This document shows positions 36,440 through 49,037 of a stretch of 64,000 bases of DNA, one piece after another; the first letter of the stretch is position 1, and each line of letters starts with the position of its first letter. The notes under the pieces are model-generated. The model was given only the letters and a program-made list of their open reading frames with translations. It searched no databases and was not told where the DNA came from. A program made the position numbers and the translations under genes. The stretch is from Chiloscyllium plagiosum (taxonomy: Eukaryota), in contig NC_057749.1 in the NCBI RefSeq assembly GCF_004010195.1, positions 22,664,976 to 22,728,975 of the forward strand, read 5' to 3'.

Positions 36440-38013
36440 AGATGGGGAGGATTAATGCTATTGTTCATGCAGTAGACATAGGGAATACTGCTCCGATAAA
36501 ACAACACCCCTATCGGCGTAATCCTTTCAAAGTCAGACAGGTCCAGATGGAGGTGAAGGCCATGCTCGACGAGGACATCATCGTCGGCGGCACGGTGGCA
36601 CAGTGGTTAGCACTGCTGCCTCACAGCTCCAGAGACCCGGGTTCAATTCCCACCTCAGGTGACTGACTGTGTGGAGTTTGCACGTTCTCCCTGTGTCTGC
36701 GTGGGTTTCCTCCGGGTGCTCCGGTTTCCTCCCACAGTCCAAAGATGTGCAGGTCAGGTGAATTGGCCATGCTAAATTGCCCGTGGTGTTAGGTAAGGGG
36801 TAAATGGGTGGGTTGCGCTTCGGCGGGTCGGTGTGGACTTGTTGGGCCGAAGGGCCTGTTTCCACACTGTAATGTAATCTAAAAACAAAGCCAGACTGAG
36901 TGGAATTCGCCGATTGTCTTAGTTCCCAAACCAGATGGGACGCAACAATTCTGCATGGACTATTGGAAGGTCAATGCTGTTACAAAATCAGACTCATATC
37001 CAATTCCTAGATTGAAGGACTGTATCGAGAAAGTCGGACAAGCCAGTCACCCAGTTAATGCGTGGTTACTAGCAGGTACCTTTATCAGAGACGGCGAAAG
37101 TAATTTATGCATTTGTAACCCCAAATGGGCTATATCAGTTTAAAGTGATGCCCCTTGGAATAAAGAATGCACTCGCCACATTCCAAAGACTCATGAACAG
37201 AGTTGTGGCTGAGTTAACAAACTGTAGAGACTATTTGGATAAAGTCGTGATCTTTCGTAAGTCCTGGAAAGATCACATGGTACAGTTGGCAGAGTTCTTT
37301 GAACGACTACGAGAAGCAGAACTGGGGATAAACTTAAATAAAACATGATTTGCGAAAGCAGAGGAGATGTTCTTGGGTCCTAACATCAGTCATGGAAGGT
37401 TGACCCCACGGAACGCAAAGACGAAGGCCATCAAGGAATTTCTTGAAAAAAGAGTTGTGTGGATTTTTAGGACTCTGCAGATTCTATTGGAAGTTTGTTC
37501 CAAACATCAGCAGTGTAGTGGTACCGTTAACCAATTTTCTGAAGAAGAACACAAAGTTTCGGTGGATAGAACAATGCCAGGAGGCCTTCGACCATTTGAA
37601 AGCAATATTAAACACCAAACCAGATTTAGCTCCACCAAACTTTTCAAAACCTTTTCAAGTCACCATCGATAGGAGTTGGAGCTGTAGTCCTACTGGAAGT
37701 TGATGATGGCATTGAACTGCCAGTTGGTGACTTTTTGAAGAAGATCAACATCCACCAAAGAAAATACTCCAGAATCGAAAAGAAACTATTGAGTTTGGTA
37801 CTGGCCTTACAGCATTTTAATGTGTCTGTCACGAATAATGTGTCAGAGACAGTTGTGTACACGGATCACAATCCACTTACGTTCTTAGAACGCTTTAAAG
37901 ACAAGAAGATGAGACTATTCTGTTGGAGTCTTATATTACAGAATTTTAAATTAAAAATCATACATGTTGCTGGTTGGAAGAATGTAATTGCAGATGCGTT
38001 ATCGTGGATTTAA
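36440..38013 (+). pseudogene. pol: Reverse transcriptase plus RNase H, disrupted and SINE-interrupted
   Basis: IKQHPYR; WNSPIVLVPKPDG; DSYPIPR; ATFQRLMN; YLDK at 37232-37243 (mutated YLDD); FLGLCRFY; YTDHNPL; NVIADALS. Confidence 0.92.
36586..36882 (+). mobile_element. Young HE1-type SINE inserted in the Gmr1 RT
   Basis: Complete SINE between ...DEDII and SQTEWNSP... of RT. Confidence 0.92.
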
Positions 38014-38184
38014 CTGATTGAGTGTAGGTGAGATTTGTATTTATTTAATCTTATATATATACAGGTATATAGGAAGATGTTAAGGTGAACTTATGTTAAA
38101 GTTATCTGTATGTTACGGTAATGCATTTTTAAAAAAAAGAAAAAAATGAAGCCATCTTTTCATTATGATGGTTCATCTTTTCTT

Positions 38185-38194
38185 AAGGGGGAGA
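38185..38194 (+). promoter_or_regulatory. Polypurine tract
   Basis: AAGGGGGAGA directly abutting the 3' LTR. Confidence 0.85.
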
Positions 38195-38877
38195 TGTTAT
38201 GAAGGTGTAGAAGTGTCTTGTTTCTTTAAGAGAGTGAAGGATTTGGCAAGCACACCAAGTGCTGGAGGATTTACAATGTAAAATTTGGTTCAGAACAGAT
38301 AGGACTGGCTGAGTTGCTATGAGACAAGAACAAATTTGAATTCGGCCAATCAGTTTAAATTATACCAAATCCCAATCAAGTTTGAATTTAGTATACTGAC
38401 AATGTTAAAAACCAATGACACAATCCGATGCTTTGGGTTTTGGGGAGAATTGGACAGTTGAGAGGAGAACTGCCAAGCCAGCATGTAGAGACTGCCGGAA
38501 AAATAGCTCCCTTAAAGGTACCTTTATCGATCAGTAACTTGTGAAACAGAATCCCCAAGAAGAAGAAAAGAAAACAAGGATACAGAGAAGAACTGGAGGC
38601 TGCCTGGTTTTGAGATAAAAAGTTTTGTTTTGTAAATCTTAATCAGGGATTTTATCGGCCTAGAATTGTAGAAGGGGAAGGTAAAAGATAGGTTAGAGGA
38701 AGGAGTTGTAAATAGTTGTTCGCTAATTATTCTCTGTTATACTTTAAGAAATAAAGTTATTATTGTTAATTTAACTGGTTCTTGGCTTACTGAATTTTCA
38801 CAGATTTTTGCATGGGATAAATCTTTTCTGTGTTGCTGGGTTAAAATAAACAGGAGGGTTTACCCCGTGTCATAACA
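38195..38877 (+). repeat. 3' LTR
   Basis: TGTTATGA...TCATAACA, a perfect 8-bp terminal inverted repeat. Confidence 0.95.
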
Positions 38878-39049
38878 TAAGAGGAGAAAATATACGTGAG
38901 TATGTGTCTTAATTATTCAACTAGTTATAACTGACATCTATCAGATTGTCAAGCCTGTTCAAAGAGATGGCAGCCTGACAACAACTGATTAAGGAACAGC
39001 CTGTTAGGAAATGTTAGTAATTGAAAACAAACAGTTGTTCAACAACTGC

Positions 39050-39972
39050 AGAGAGTGGTGGGTGCATGGAATGCGCTGCCAGAAGTGGTAGTAGAGTCAG
39101 AGACATTAAGAACATTTAAGCAATTACTGTGCAAACATATGGACAGTAGTAAATTGAGGGGTGTGTAGTTAAGATTGACCTTAGATTAAGATAAATGCTT
39201 GGCACAACATCATGGGCCGACTGTGCTATACCATTAAATGTTCTATGTTCTAACCGGTCAAGAGACAAGCAGGAGATAATTTATTTGATGAAGCCGAAAA
39301 CAAGGCAGAATCCATTGACAACACCTATGTTGCCATAAAATACTTGATTCATATGGTCAGCAGGATGGAAATCTATGACTATACAGGATTGGCAGGAATG
39401 TTTTCCAGTTCTACTATCTGGAAAGAATAAAGTTCAGATACCAGAAATGAAGACGTTTTGGAAATTAGGAGAAAAATTATGAGCAGTATGACCATTTTGA
39501 GTTCATTGATGAATCTTTAATTGGAATTGCTCACACAGAGCAAACTGCTTCGGGGAACAAATAGAATCATTCAGTCCAACCAGTCCATGCCGACTATAAT
39601 CCTAAACTGAGCTAGTCTCACTTGCCTGCGCTTGGCCCATATCGCTCTAAATCTTCCTTACTAATGTATTAATCTAAATGTCTTTTAAATGTTGCAACTG
39701 TACCCACATCCACCACTTCCTCTGGAAGCTCATTCCACACACGAACTACTGTCTGTGTAAAAACGTTGTCCCTCGTGTCTTTTCTAAATCTTTCTCCTCT
39801 CTCCTTAAAAATACACCCCACAGTTTTGAAATCCCCCACTCTTGGGAAAAGACACAATACCCCTCATGATTTTATAAACCTCTATAAGGTCACCCCTCAA
39901 CCTCCTACACTCCAGTGAAAACAGTCCCAGCCTCTCCTTATAACTCAATCCCTCTATTCCTGGCAACATCCT
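39050..39972. mobile_element. CR1 3' fragments (39050-39250+, 39560-39972-)
   Basis: QRVVGAWNALP with (ttctatg) tail; ORF 39669-39857(-): VWNELPEEVVDVG. Confidence 0.8.
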
Positions 39973-40152
39973 CTATTGCACCATTGCAGTCCATGCTTAC
40001 TTCATGAAAGCCATCAATGAGGTGAAATCACCAATGTCCACTGCTTCAGAACACTGTCAATAATAAATTATCTGGCTCAGAAATCCAGGAGACTGCAAAA
40101 AAAAAAAGCAGCAAATATTTGTGCCTTGGGATTCCTGAGGTTAAAGGTTTTT

Positions 40153-40430
40153 GATTAGGTAAGATTTCCTGCAGTGTGGAAACAGGCCCTTTGGCCTCCA
40201 ACCCTCCGAAGAGCAACCCACCCAGACCCATTCCCCTATACCTAGCACTATGGACAATATAGCATGGTCAATTCACCTAACCTGCACATCTTTGGACTGT
40301 GGGAGGAAACCCACACAGACACGGGGAGAATGTGCAAACTCCACACAGACAGTTGCCTGAGGCCACAACTGAACCCAGGTCCCTGGCGCTGTGAGGCAGC
40401 AGTGCTAACCACTGAGCCACCGTGCCACCC
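40153..40430 (-). mobile_element. HE1-type SINE
   Basis: Family motifs. Confidence 0.85.
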
Positions 40431-40687
40431 CTAAAGGTCCCCTGGAGGATGTTATGGGACAATTATTTGTTTCAGTCGGAAAGCGTTCTTCTATGAAGGA
40501 AATTCAGGAGATTAAGGATGCTTCAAATGGACCAGCTGTCAGGGTCAGCTGGAATATTATCATCTGCATAGGATGTCCCAGAGGTAACAGGTCCCAGTGA
40601 GGACACACTGTAAAGGGTTCAAAAGGGAATCAAGGTCAATATTCCTCAAGCTCAAGATCTACCAACCTTCCAGATCCTGATGAGAAC

Positions 40688-40909
40688 TAGTTCTGATAAA
40701 GTTAAAAATCACACAACACCAGGTTATAGTCCAACAATTTAATTGGAAGCACTGGCTTTCGGAGCGACGCTCCTTCATCAGGTGGTAGCGTTGCTCCGAA
40801 AGCTAGTGTGCTTCCAATTAAACCGGTTGGACTATAACCTGGTGTTGTGTGATTTTTAACTTTGTACACCCCAGTCCAACACCGGCATCTCCGAATCATA
40901 GTTCTGATA
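40688..40909. mobile_element. Palindromic PLE-derived mini-element, family B
   Basis: Inverted arms aaagttaaaaatcacacaacaccaggttatagtccaac / gttggactataacctggtgttgtgtgatttttaacttt; HHR core on minus at 40750-40784; TSD tagttctgata at 40688-40698 and 40899-40909. Confidence 0.9.
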
Positions 40910-41309
40910 GAGTAGCGAAACCTCCAGCTTGTTGGAATTTGTGATGTTAGAGACTTGGGGATAGATGACATAATGGTGAGGTAAGTATATACAGGATACA
41001 TGCTAATTCTGGTAAAAGCTTCATGGCCAGATGATGATTCAGATAATGGATCTATAAGGGTTAATACTGAGGACTGCATGAACTTCCATCCAATCCGATA
41101 TTCTCATAAGGATTTGGGTGGGGAAAAGCAGAGCATCTTAGGATCTTTATCCTGGGCGTCCTCTTAGTAACAAAGTCCACCGTACTAATGGATTGTATAC
41201 CTGATTGTTACATCACTACATCAGGGTTGAGATAATTGCCTCTTCTTATTAGAATACTAAGTGTTTTTCCTCAGGTACGCCCTGTAGACTCATTCAGAAA
41301 GAAGATAGC

Positions 41310-41512
41310 AGCAGCACAATGGCTCAGTGGTTAGCACTGCTACCTCACAGTGCCAGGATCCTGGGTTCAATCTCACCCTTGGGGGACTTTCTGTATAGGC
41401 TTCCTCCCACAGTCTAAATGTGTGCTGGATAAGGGATAGGTCTGGGTGGGATGTTCTTCAGAGGGTGACTTGATGGGCCAACTGGCCTGTTTTCACGCTG
41501 TAGGGATTCTAT
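41310..41512 (+). mobile_element. Degraded HE1-type SINE
   Basis: tggctcagtggttagcactgc...gggattctatg. Confidence 0.75.
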
Positions 41513-41794
41513 GTGCTGACAGTCCAGCCTGGAATCAGATCCTGGCTTTTGTTTGTAATTCACTCAAATGCAATAAGCTCCAAATATATTTCATTGCTGG
41601 CAAAAGTGTGATTATAAAAGCTACTGGAATTTTTTAAAAAATGTGGCACTTGCTTTGTTTATTAAAAGACACAAAGGTAGTTTCTTCCTGGCTGGTTTCT
41701 GCACCCAAATAATTTCTGGCACAGAATAATACTGTGCAAATGCAACTCCCTTCTGTTCACAGGCCTCCAGTGTAGCTGACAATCAGACGCTATT

Positions 41795-42113
41795 TAGATT
41801 TAGATTACTTACAGTATGGAAACAGGCCCTTCGGCCCAAGAAGTCCACACCGACCTGCTGAAGCGCAACCCACCCAGACCTATTCCCCTACATTTACCCC
41901 GTCACCTAACACTACGGGCAATTTAGCATGGCCAATTCACCTAACCTGCACATTTTTGGACTGTGGGAGGAAACCGGAGCACCCGGAGGAAACCCACGCA
42001 GACACGGGGAGAATGTGCAAACTCCACACAGTCAGTCGCCTGAGGCGGGAATTGAACCCGGGTCTCTGGCGCTGTGAGACAGCAGTGCTAACCACTGTGC
42101 CACCGTGCCGCCC
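41795..42113 (-). mobile_element. Young HE1-type SINE
   Basis: Near-identical to 2279-2590. Confidence 0.9.
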
Positions 42114-42574
42114 TATTGTTAAGGGACGGAGAGGGGGGATAGGATTACTGGGCTTTTTCTGCCCTCTGCTCTCTGAACAAGGCTGCTGTTTGCCATTTGC
42201 CTTTTTGATTCCAGGAAACAATGAAAATCAACAGCACAAGCTCAGAAAAAGACAACTCTCCTTTAAAGCAGTTAAACTTTCTGATGGGGCAATCATTTTA
42301 TCGTTGAATTTATTCAGCATGGCCAGAAAAAAAGCTTCTTAAATATAAAAGGAGCTGAAAATTCACTCCCTGTCAAGATGAGAATAGGGTAGATCGTTAG
42401 AAAAGCTCAGGCCCCAGACTTATGCAGCAGTGTATCCTGGGTGCATGGCTGTGTAGTTGAGAGAGAAAGATGCCAGTTTGGAAGTTTGCCTGATTTTTGT
42501 TTTCCCTTGTTGCTGTTCAGGCATTTTCAATTCCGACTGTTGGGAAATTTCTGGCTGACACACTTTTCCCAGTC

Positions 42575-42800
42575 AGTGGCTCAGTCGATGCCACTCACAA
42601 TCTCATGAGTTCAACTTGCACTCCAGAGACTTGACAAAATATAAGCTGACATTTCAGTGCAGTGTTGCACATGAGATTTTAAATCTAGACATCGTCTGCT
42701 CTCTCAGATGGACTTGGAAGGTCCTGTTTTGAAGGACAGTGGTGCAGGAGAGGTGGGGAGTAGGGGAAGGTTCTCCCTTTTGCCTTGGTCAATATAAACT
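42575..42800 (+). mobile_element. Degraded Deu-domain-like SINE
   Basis: actccagagacttga...gctgacatttcagtgcagt...ctctctcagatggac; related to 56845-57480. Confidence 0.5.
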
Positions 42801-42804
42801 AGAT

Positions 42805-43087
42805 TATTAGATTCCCTACGGTGTGGAAACAGGCCCTTCAGCCCAACAAGTCCACGCTGACCCACCGAAGAGTAACCCACCCAGACCCATTTCCCTCTGA
42901 ATGATGCATGTAACACTATGGGCAATTTAGCATGGCCAATTCACTTAACCTGCATATCTTTGTGACTGTGCACAGACACGGCGAGAACATGCAAGATCCA
43001 CACAGACAGTCACCCGAAGCTGGAATCGAACCTGAGTGCCTGGTGCTGTGAGGCAGCAGTGGTAACCACTGAGCTACCGTGCCACCC
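42805..43087 (-). mobile_element. HE1-type SINE (another partial copy at about 43385-43590-)
   Basis: Family motifs. Confidence 0.85.
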
Positions 43088-44865
43088 ACAGACAGCATCA
43101 CTAAAAGGTATTGCCTCGATCCTCCAAGAAGCAGTAATCATTATTGGATTGCCATTTCACTTAAACCTTCCTCCGCCTTTTCTCTGCCTTGCATGATCTT
43201 GCTGGTTGCTCTCAGTCCAGCTTAGCCCGAAACAGCGAACATGGAGTCCCTCAAGGAGTCCTGTTGCAGTCCTAAACTAGGGAATGGGATAAGTGAAGTT
43301 CTTCTTTTACCCACTAGCTGCTGTCAGGTAGGTTTAAATGTCCAATGTGAATGTTAGTGAGTGGGTGAGCACAAGGGAGATGTGAGTCATAGAATGGTGT
43401 CATCCCTACAGTGTGGAAGCAGACCATTCAGCCCATCAAGTCCACACCAACCTTCTGAAGAGCAGACCCCCAGGACCCATATCCTATCCCTGTAAATCCT
43501 GCATTTCCCTTGGTTAACCCACCTAGTCTGCACATCCCTGGACACTATGGGCAATTTAGAATGGCCAACCCATCCAGCCTGCACATCTGGAATTGGGTTG
43601 GCAGGTTCGGTGAGTTGGTAGGTTGGAAGAACAGTAAGGCGGTTGAGTTGGTAGCCGACTGTGTTGGAAGCCTAGGCAAGGTGGTAGTCAGATGGTAGGT
43701 GAGTAGAACATTAGGCGATTGAGGTTGCAGCATGGCAGGTCGAGTTGTTAGGTGAGTCGAATGGAAGGTGAGATGTTAGCTGGTACACTCTTATACAGTT
43801 ATACAGCACGGAAACAGATTCTTCGGTCCAACTCATCCATGTCGACCAGGTTTCTCAAACTAAACTAGCCCCATTTGCCTGCATTGACAAACCATGTCTC
43901 CCATATTCTCATCCAAGAAATGTTGGTAACAGTGGCAGAACGATAGTGTGGAAGGTGGGAAGGGTGGCGTGGGTCAGGTGGGAGGTGGTGGGCTGGCAGG
44001 TGGTGAGGTGGTCCTCAGGTCGGATGCTGAATCAAGGGGCGGGGTGACAAAGGTGGGTAGTGGGGACGGTCAGTTCAATTCTGCAAGTCAATGGGGAGAA
44101 CATGATTGGTCAGGTGTAGCCTTAAGGGATGGTCAGGAGCCATGGGGATAGTTTAGGGGGAGCAGGCGTGGACCTTCAAGGTTTGGAGGGTAGTCAGGCT
44201 TTTTGCAGGGGGGGGGGAATGGGATGGGGAATGGACATTGTGTTGGACCAGGAAGGATGTGTGGCATCCCTTTGAAAGAGGGTCAAGTGTGGTGAGGGAG
44301 GGCGTTAGGGCAGGTCCAATTGTTTTGAGGGGATATCTAGTCTGGGGGAATGGGGTGCTGAGATGGACTGGGGGCAGTGTAGTTGAGGAAGTGTCGATGG
44401 TGAGCCAAGGAATTCTATTTAATGATTACCCAGGAGTTAGCATAGGTTTGTACTCCTCTAACATTAACAACAAAGCTGAAGAATTTCAGAAACCTCCAAA
44501 TTCTTAGATTTGAAGGGACAGCTGTTGGGGGCAGGGGGGTCCAAAATGAACCGGAATTTTCAGTTTCCTGGGCAATTATGTCGGAGTTAGCCGGGGCGGG
44601 AATTCCACACAGTCCCCGTGCATTTTCCAACTGCTACTGATCATCGGAATATCAGGGCATTCTGTTTTTTGTTTGTCATCGATACTTGATGGATAAATAC
44701 AGCCCCGGTCAGCAGACTGCTCTTCTCCAAAATAGTGTGGTTGAATCATTTGGATCCACCGCGCAAGGTCCTGTGTTTAACATTCTATCCAAAAGACAGG
44801 GCTGGAGTGTGGTGGAGTGGGACCTGAATTCAGGATCTCGAGTCAAGTTATGCATGAAAAGATAG

Positions 44866-45745
44866 AAGACGTGGTTAATAAGTTTGCGGATGACACCAAA
44901 ATTAGTGGTATAGTGGACAGTGAAGAAGGTAATCTCAGATTACAAAGGGACCCTGATCAATTGGGTCAAAGGGCTGAGGAGTGGCACAAGGAGTTTAATT
45001 TGGATAAACGTGAGATATTACATTTTGGTAAAATAAAGAGCAGGATTGACATAAGTAATGGTAGGGCTCTGGGTAGTGTTGTTGAACAGAGAGACCTAGG
45101 GGTTCGGTACATAATCCTTTGAAGTTTGCATTACAGGTAGCCAGGGGGGTTAATAAGGTGTTTAGCATGCTTGCCTTCATTGCTCAGACCTTTGAGTATA
45201 GGAGTTGGGATGTCATGTTGAGGCTGTACAGGACATTGGTGAGACCCCTTCTGGAATACTGTGCCTAGTTTTGGTCGCCCAGTTATAGGAAGGATACGAT
45301 TAAGCTGCAGAGGATTAGAAAAGATTGACCACGATGTTCCTGGGAATAGAGAGTTTTAGCTTTAAAGAGTAGCTGGAGCATAGGAGGTGGAGGGGTGACC
45401 TTAAAGAGATTTAGAAGATAATGAGGGATATAGATAAGGTGAATAGCAATTGTCTTTTCCCTGGTGGGGAGGGGTGTTCAATATTGGGGCATATTTTTAA
45501 GGTGAGTGGAGAAAAATTTCAAAAACACATGAGGGACAACTTTTTTACACAGAGAGTGGCTCATGCATGGAATGGACTTTCAGAGGAAGTAATGGATGCA
45601 GGTATAGTTACATTTAAAAGACATTTGGATAAGTACATGAATAAGAAATGTTTGGAGGGATATGGGCCAAGCACAGGCAGATAGGACTAGTTTAGTTTGG
45701 TCTAGTTGGACTGAAGGGTCTGTTTCCTAGCTGTCTGACTCTATC
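44866..45745 (+). mobile_element. CR1/HER1 ORF2 3' part
   Basis: NKFADDTKISG, LVRPLLEYCA*FW, FFTQRVAHAWNGL. Confidence 0.9.
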
Positions 45746-46092
45746 TAAAAATGTGGTGTTAATAAGCCATGGCCAACACCAACAATTTTCTTTATTCAGT
45801 CACAGGATGTAGGCATCACTGGCCAGGCAGCATTTATTACCCATCTCTAATTGCCCAGAGGGCAGTTAAGAGTCAATCACATTGCTGTGAGTCTGCAGTC
45901 TCATGTAGACCAGACCAGGTAAGGATGGAAGGGCATCGATTAACAGCATGGGATTTCCCCTGATAATCAATATGATCATCATCAGACCCTTAATTCCAGA
46001 GATTTTCAGAAAAAAAATCAAATTCTACCACGGCAGGGATTTGAAACTAAGTCTCTAGAACATTACCCTCTTCCGATTGCAGTTACAAATAT

Positions 46093-46428
46093 AGGGGTTG
46101 CACAGTGGCTCAGTGGTTAGCATTGCTGCCTCACAGCACCAGGGACCGGCATTTGATCCCAGCCTTGGGCAGACTGTCTGTGTATGGTTTGCCCATTCTC
46201 CCTGTGTCTGAATGGGCTTCCTCTCACAGTCTAAAAAATGTGCAGGTTAGGTGAATTGGCCATGCTAAATTGCCTATAGTGCACAGGAATGTGTAGGTTA
46301 GGTGCATTAGTTAGGGGTAAACCGAGGGGAAGAGGGTAGGGGAATGGGTCTGGGTGGGTTACTGTTCAGAGGGTTAGTGCAGACTTGTGAGGCCAAATAG
46401 CTTGTTTCCACGCTGTAGGGATTCTATG
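46093..46428 (+). mobile_element. HE1-type SINE
   Basis: Full-length family motifs. Confidence 0.85.
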
Positions 46429-48117
46429 GATACTTTTGTTCCATTTCTAGGGAAGAACTGGAATGCTAGCTCACAGATATTATGGAATGATGGTCAATTT
46501 ATGAAATGTTTGAACCTAAAGCAGTCACTTCGCAAAGTGATAAATTAAGACACGGATATTTAGGAAAATCTCAAATCTCAAAGTGCAGTTCTTTGCTGTT
46601 TAAGGTAAGGATCATTTCCAGCATGATTAGTTTAACTGGCTCAACAGTTCAGGATTCCTGCACACACAGAAAATACTTGGACATGAACATGTTTTGAATG
46701 TATGCGTTGTTCAAAGACTGCCTTAAAGTTCTTTGCCTTTCAGAATTGCCTTCTGCTGAGCAGACACATTGGTGTTGAGTGGGCAGAAGGTTCATTAGTA
46801 TTAATGGCCTTTAAGATAAAAGATTTGTCAATGCGTTTTAACCAACCTGCACAGAAGTGTTACAGGAACAAGGAGCCCAGGCCTTGTGGCCCAGAAATAG
46901 TGACACTACCGCTGCACTGCAAGAGTCCTTAATAAAGATTTGTAACCTTGATGTTGACAATCTATTAGTCTTTGAGGACTTTCAGAAATCAGGACACAGG
47001 TATCAAAATATATGAATTACACCTGGGAGATGATCCTTCACTTCTCAATGAAATGCTCAGCAGGACATAACCACAGAGAAGTTTATATGAAGCATAACTT
47101 TGCACGGTGAAGTGTTCAATACTGACCTTCAAATGCAGAATAACAGGAGAAAACATAGACGTATAAGAAGAGTGAACACGTACTTCAATTGCACAAAACC
47201 TTAGATCAAAGACAGCAATGCATTTCTCTCTTTTATGGTTTATGGCATTTCAACAGTACTTGACTAAGGTAAACATGAAGTTGTCATTGTCCTACCAGAC
47301 CGTAGGACTGCTCTCCCATTACAGAGACTTGTGGTGGTTTAACCTCAGGGTCACCACACCTCAAGCAAGGGGAGAAATTGCACTTGAATAGATCAGAAAT
47401 AAACCAATTTTGTTTACAATACTTTTTAACAAAAACAATTGCAACTTTTGCACTGATAATGCTTAAGTGTTGATCGACCACATGTAAATATCAACCCTTC
47501 CAGGCATTCAGCCAAAACATCCAAAATCTTTGTACTTCAAACCTATTTCCTGCTGACATCTTGCCCTGTTACAAATCTATTTGGTGAAGTATTGAAGAGT
47601 ACATCATTCAGGATAATTGTTCAGTTCCTCGTGCTTATACATGTCAATACGTGATGTTGAGGCTGCTACCATACTGATGTGCACTACGTTTGGGGACTGG
47701 GTTAGCAGAAACAGTCTCCAATTTAGTCAACTCTGCAATCATGAGATGACAGAAGAGGATGAATTTCCACACCTCCAACATGTTACTCATGGACATTTCA
47801 GAAGTCCTCTGTTTTGATTAAAAACGTATCCTTAGAAACTTGACTTTTATACGAGTATGCATTGTCATTGCAAAGATGTAAATGTTGGCATTAGAACATA
47901 AAACATTACACCACGCAGTACAATGTTGCACCAACCTGTGGAACCAATCTGAAGCCCATCTAACCTACACTATTCCATTTTCATCCAAATGTTTATCCAA
48001 TGTCCATTTAAATGCCCTTAAAGTTGGCAAGTCCACTACTGTTGCAGGCAGTGTGTTCCACACCCCTACTACTCACTGAGTAAAGAAAAAACCTCTGACA
48101 TCTGTCCTATATCTATC

Positions 48118-48254
48118 CATCTGCTCCCAGAAGGACCAGTTCCACATCTGCTCCCAGGAGGACCAGTTTCAACATCTGCTCCCAGGATGACCAGTTCCAC
48201 ATCTGCTCCCAGGAGGACCAGTTCCAACATCTGCTCCCAGGAGGACCAGTTCCA
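48118..48254 (+). repeat. Five tandem 27-28 bp units (catctgctcccaggaggaccagttcca)
   Basis: Units start at 48118, 48145, 48173, 48200, 48228. Confidence 0.95.
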
Positions 48255-48487
48255 GTACCGAACAACCCAGACGGCCTCCTTCTTCAAAGACCACAATTTC
48301 CCCCCAGACGTGATCGACGATGCTCTCCACCGCATCTCCTCCACTTCCCGCTGCTCCGCCCTTGAACCCCGCCCCTCCAATCGCCACCAGGACAGAACCT
48401 CACTGGTCCTCACCTACCACCCCACCAACCTCCATATACATCGTATCATCCGTTGTCATTTCCGCCACCTCCAAACGGACCCCACCA

Positions 48488-48923
48488 NNNNNNNNNNNNN
48501 NNNNNNNNNNNNNNNNNNNNNNNNNNNNNNNNNNNNNNNNNNNNNNNNNNNNNNNNNNNNNNNNNNNNNNNNNNNNNNNNNNNNNNNNNNNNNNNNNNNN
48601 NNNNNNNNNNNNNNNNNNNNNNNNNNNNNNNNNNNNNNNNNNNNNNNNNNNNNNNNNNNNNNNNNNNNNNNNNNNNNNNNNNNNNNNNNNNNNNNNNNNN
48701 NNNNNNNNNNNNNNNNNNNNNNNNNNNNNNNNNNNNNNNNNNNNNNNNNNNNNNNNNNNNNNNNNNNNNNNNNNNNNNNNNNNNNNNNNNNNNNNNNNNN
48801 NNNNNNNNNNNNNNNNNNNNNNNNNNNNNNNNNNNNNNNNNNNNNNNNNNNNNNNNNNNNNNNNNNNNNNNNNNNNNNNNNNNNNNNNNNNNNNNNNNNN
48901 NNNNNNNNNNNNNNNNNNNNNNN
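48488..48923. other. Assembly gap (436 N)
   Basis: Run of N. Confidence 1.
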
Positions 48924-49003
48924 ACCTATTGCATTTCCAACGCCCCTCCCCCAAGTCCCTCCTCCCTACCTTTTATCTTAGCCTGCTTGGCACACTCTCC
49001 TCA

Positions 49004-49037
49004 TTCCTGAAGAAGGGCTCATGTCCGAAACGTCGAT
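49004..49037 (+). ncRNA. Minimal hammerhead ribozyme-like motif
   Basis: UUC-CUGAAGA-A-GGGC-ucau-GUCC-GAAA-CGUC-GAU; palindromic ACGU stem III, weak stem I. Confidence 0.6.

Larger units (their letters stand above)
32258..38877 (+). mobile_element. Full-length, decayed Gmr1-type Ty3/Gypsy LTR retrotransposon (order gag-PR-IN-RT-RH)
   Basis: Two homologous LTRs, PBS, PPT and domain motifs listed separately; flanks caag / taag suggest a 4-bp TSD with one mismatch. Confidence 0.95.

Noticed and set aside
36586..36660. tRNA gene
   Set aside because: A and B boxes belong to a SINE head followed by SINE body; no complete cloverleaf with acceptor stem seen
32258..38877. Endogenous retrovirus or Copia element
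   Set aside because: No env seen; RT, RNase H and GPY/F integrase motifs are Gypsy-type despite the tRNA-Pro PBS and IN-first order
48118..48254. CRISPR-like array
   Set aside because: Contiguous tandem units with no spacers, in a vertebrate retroelement
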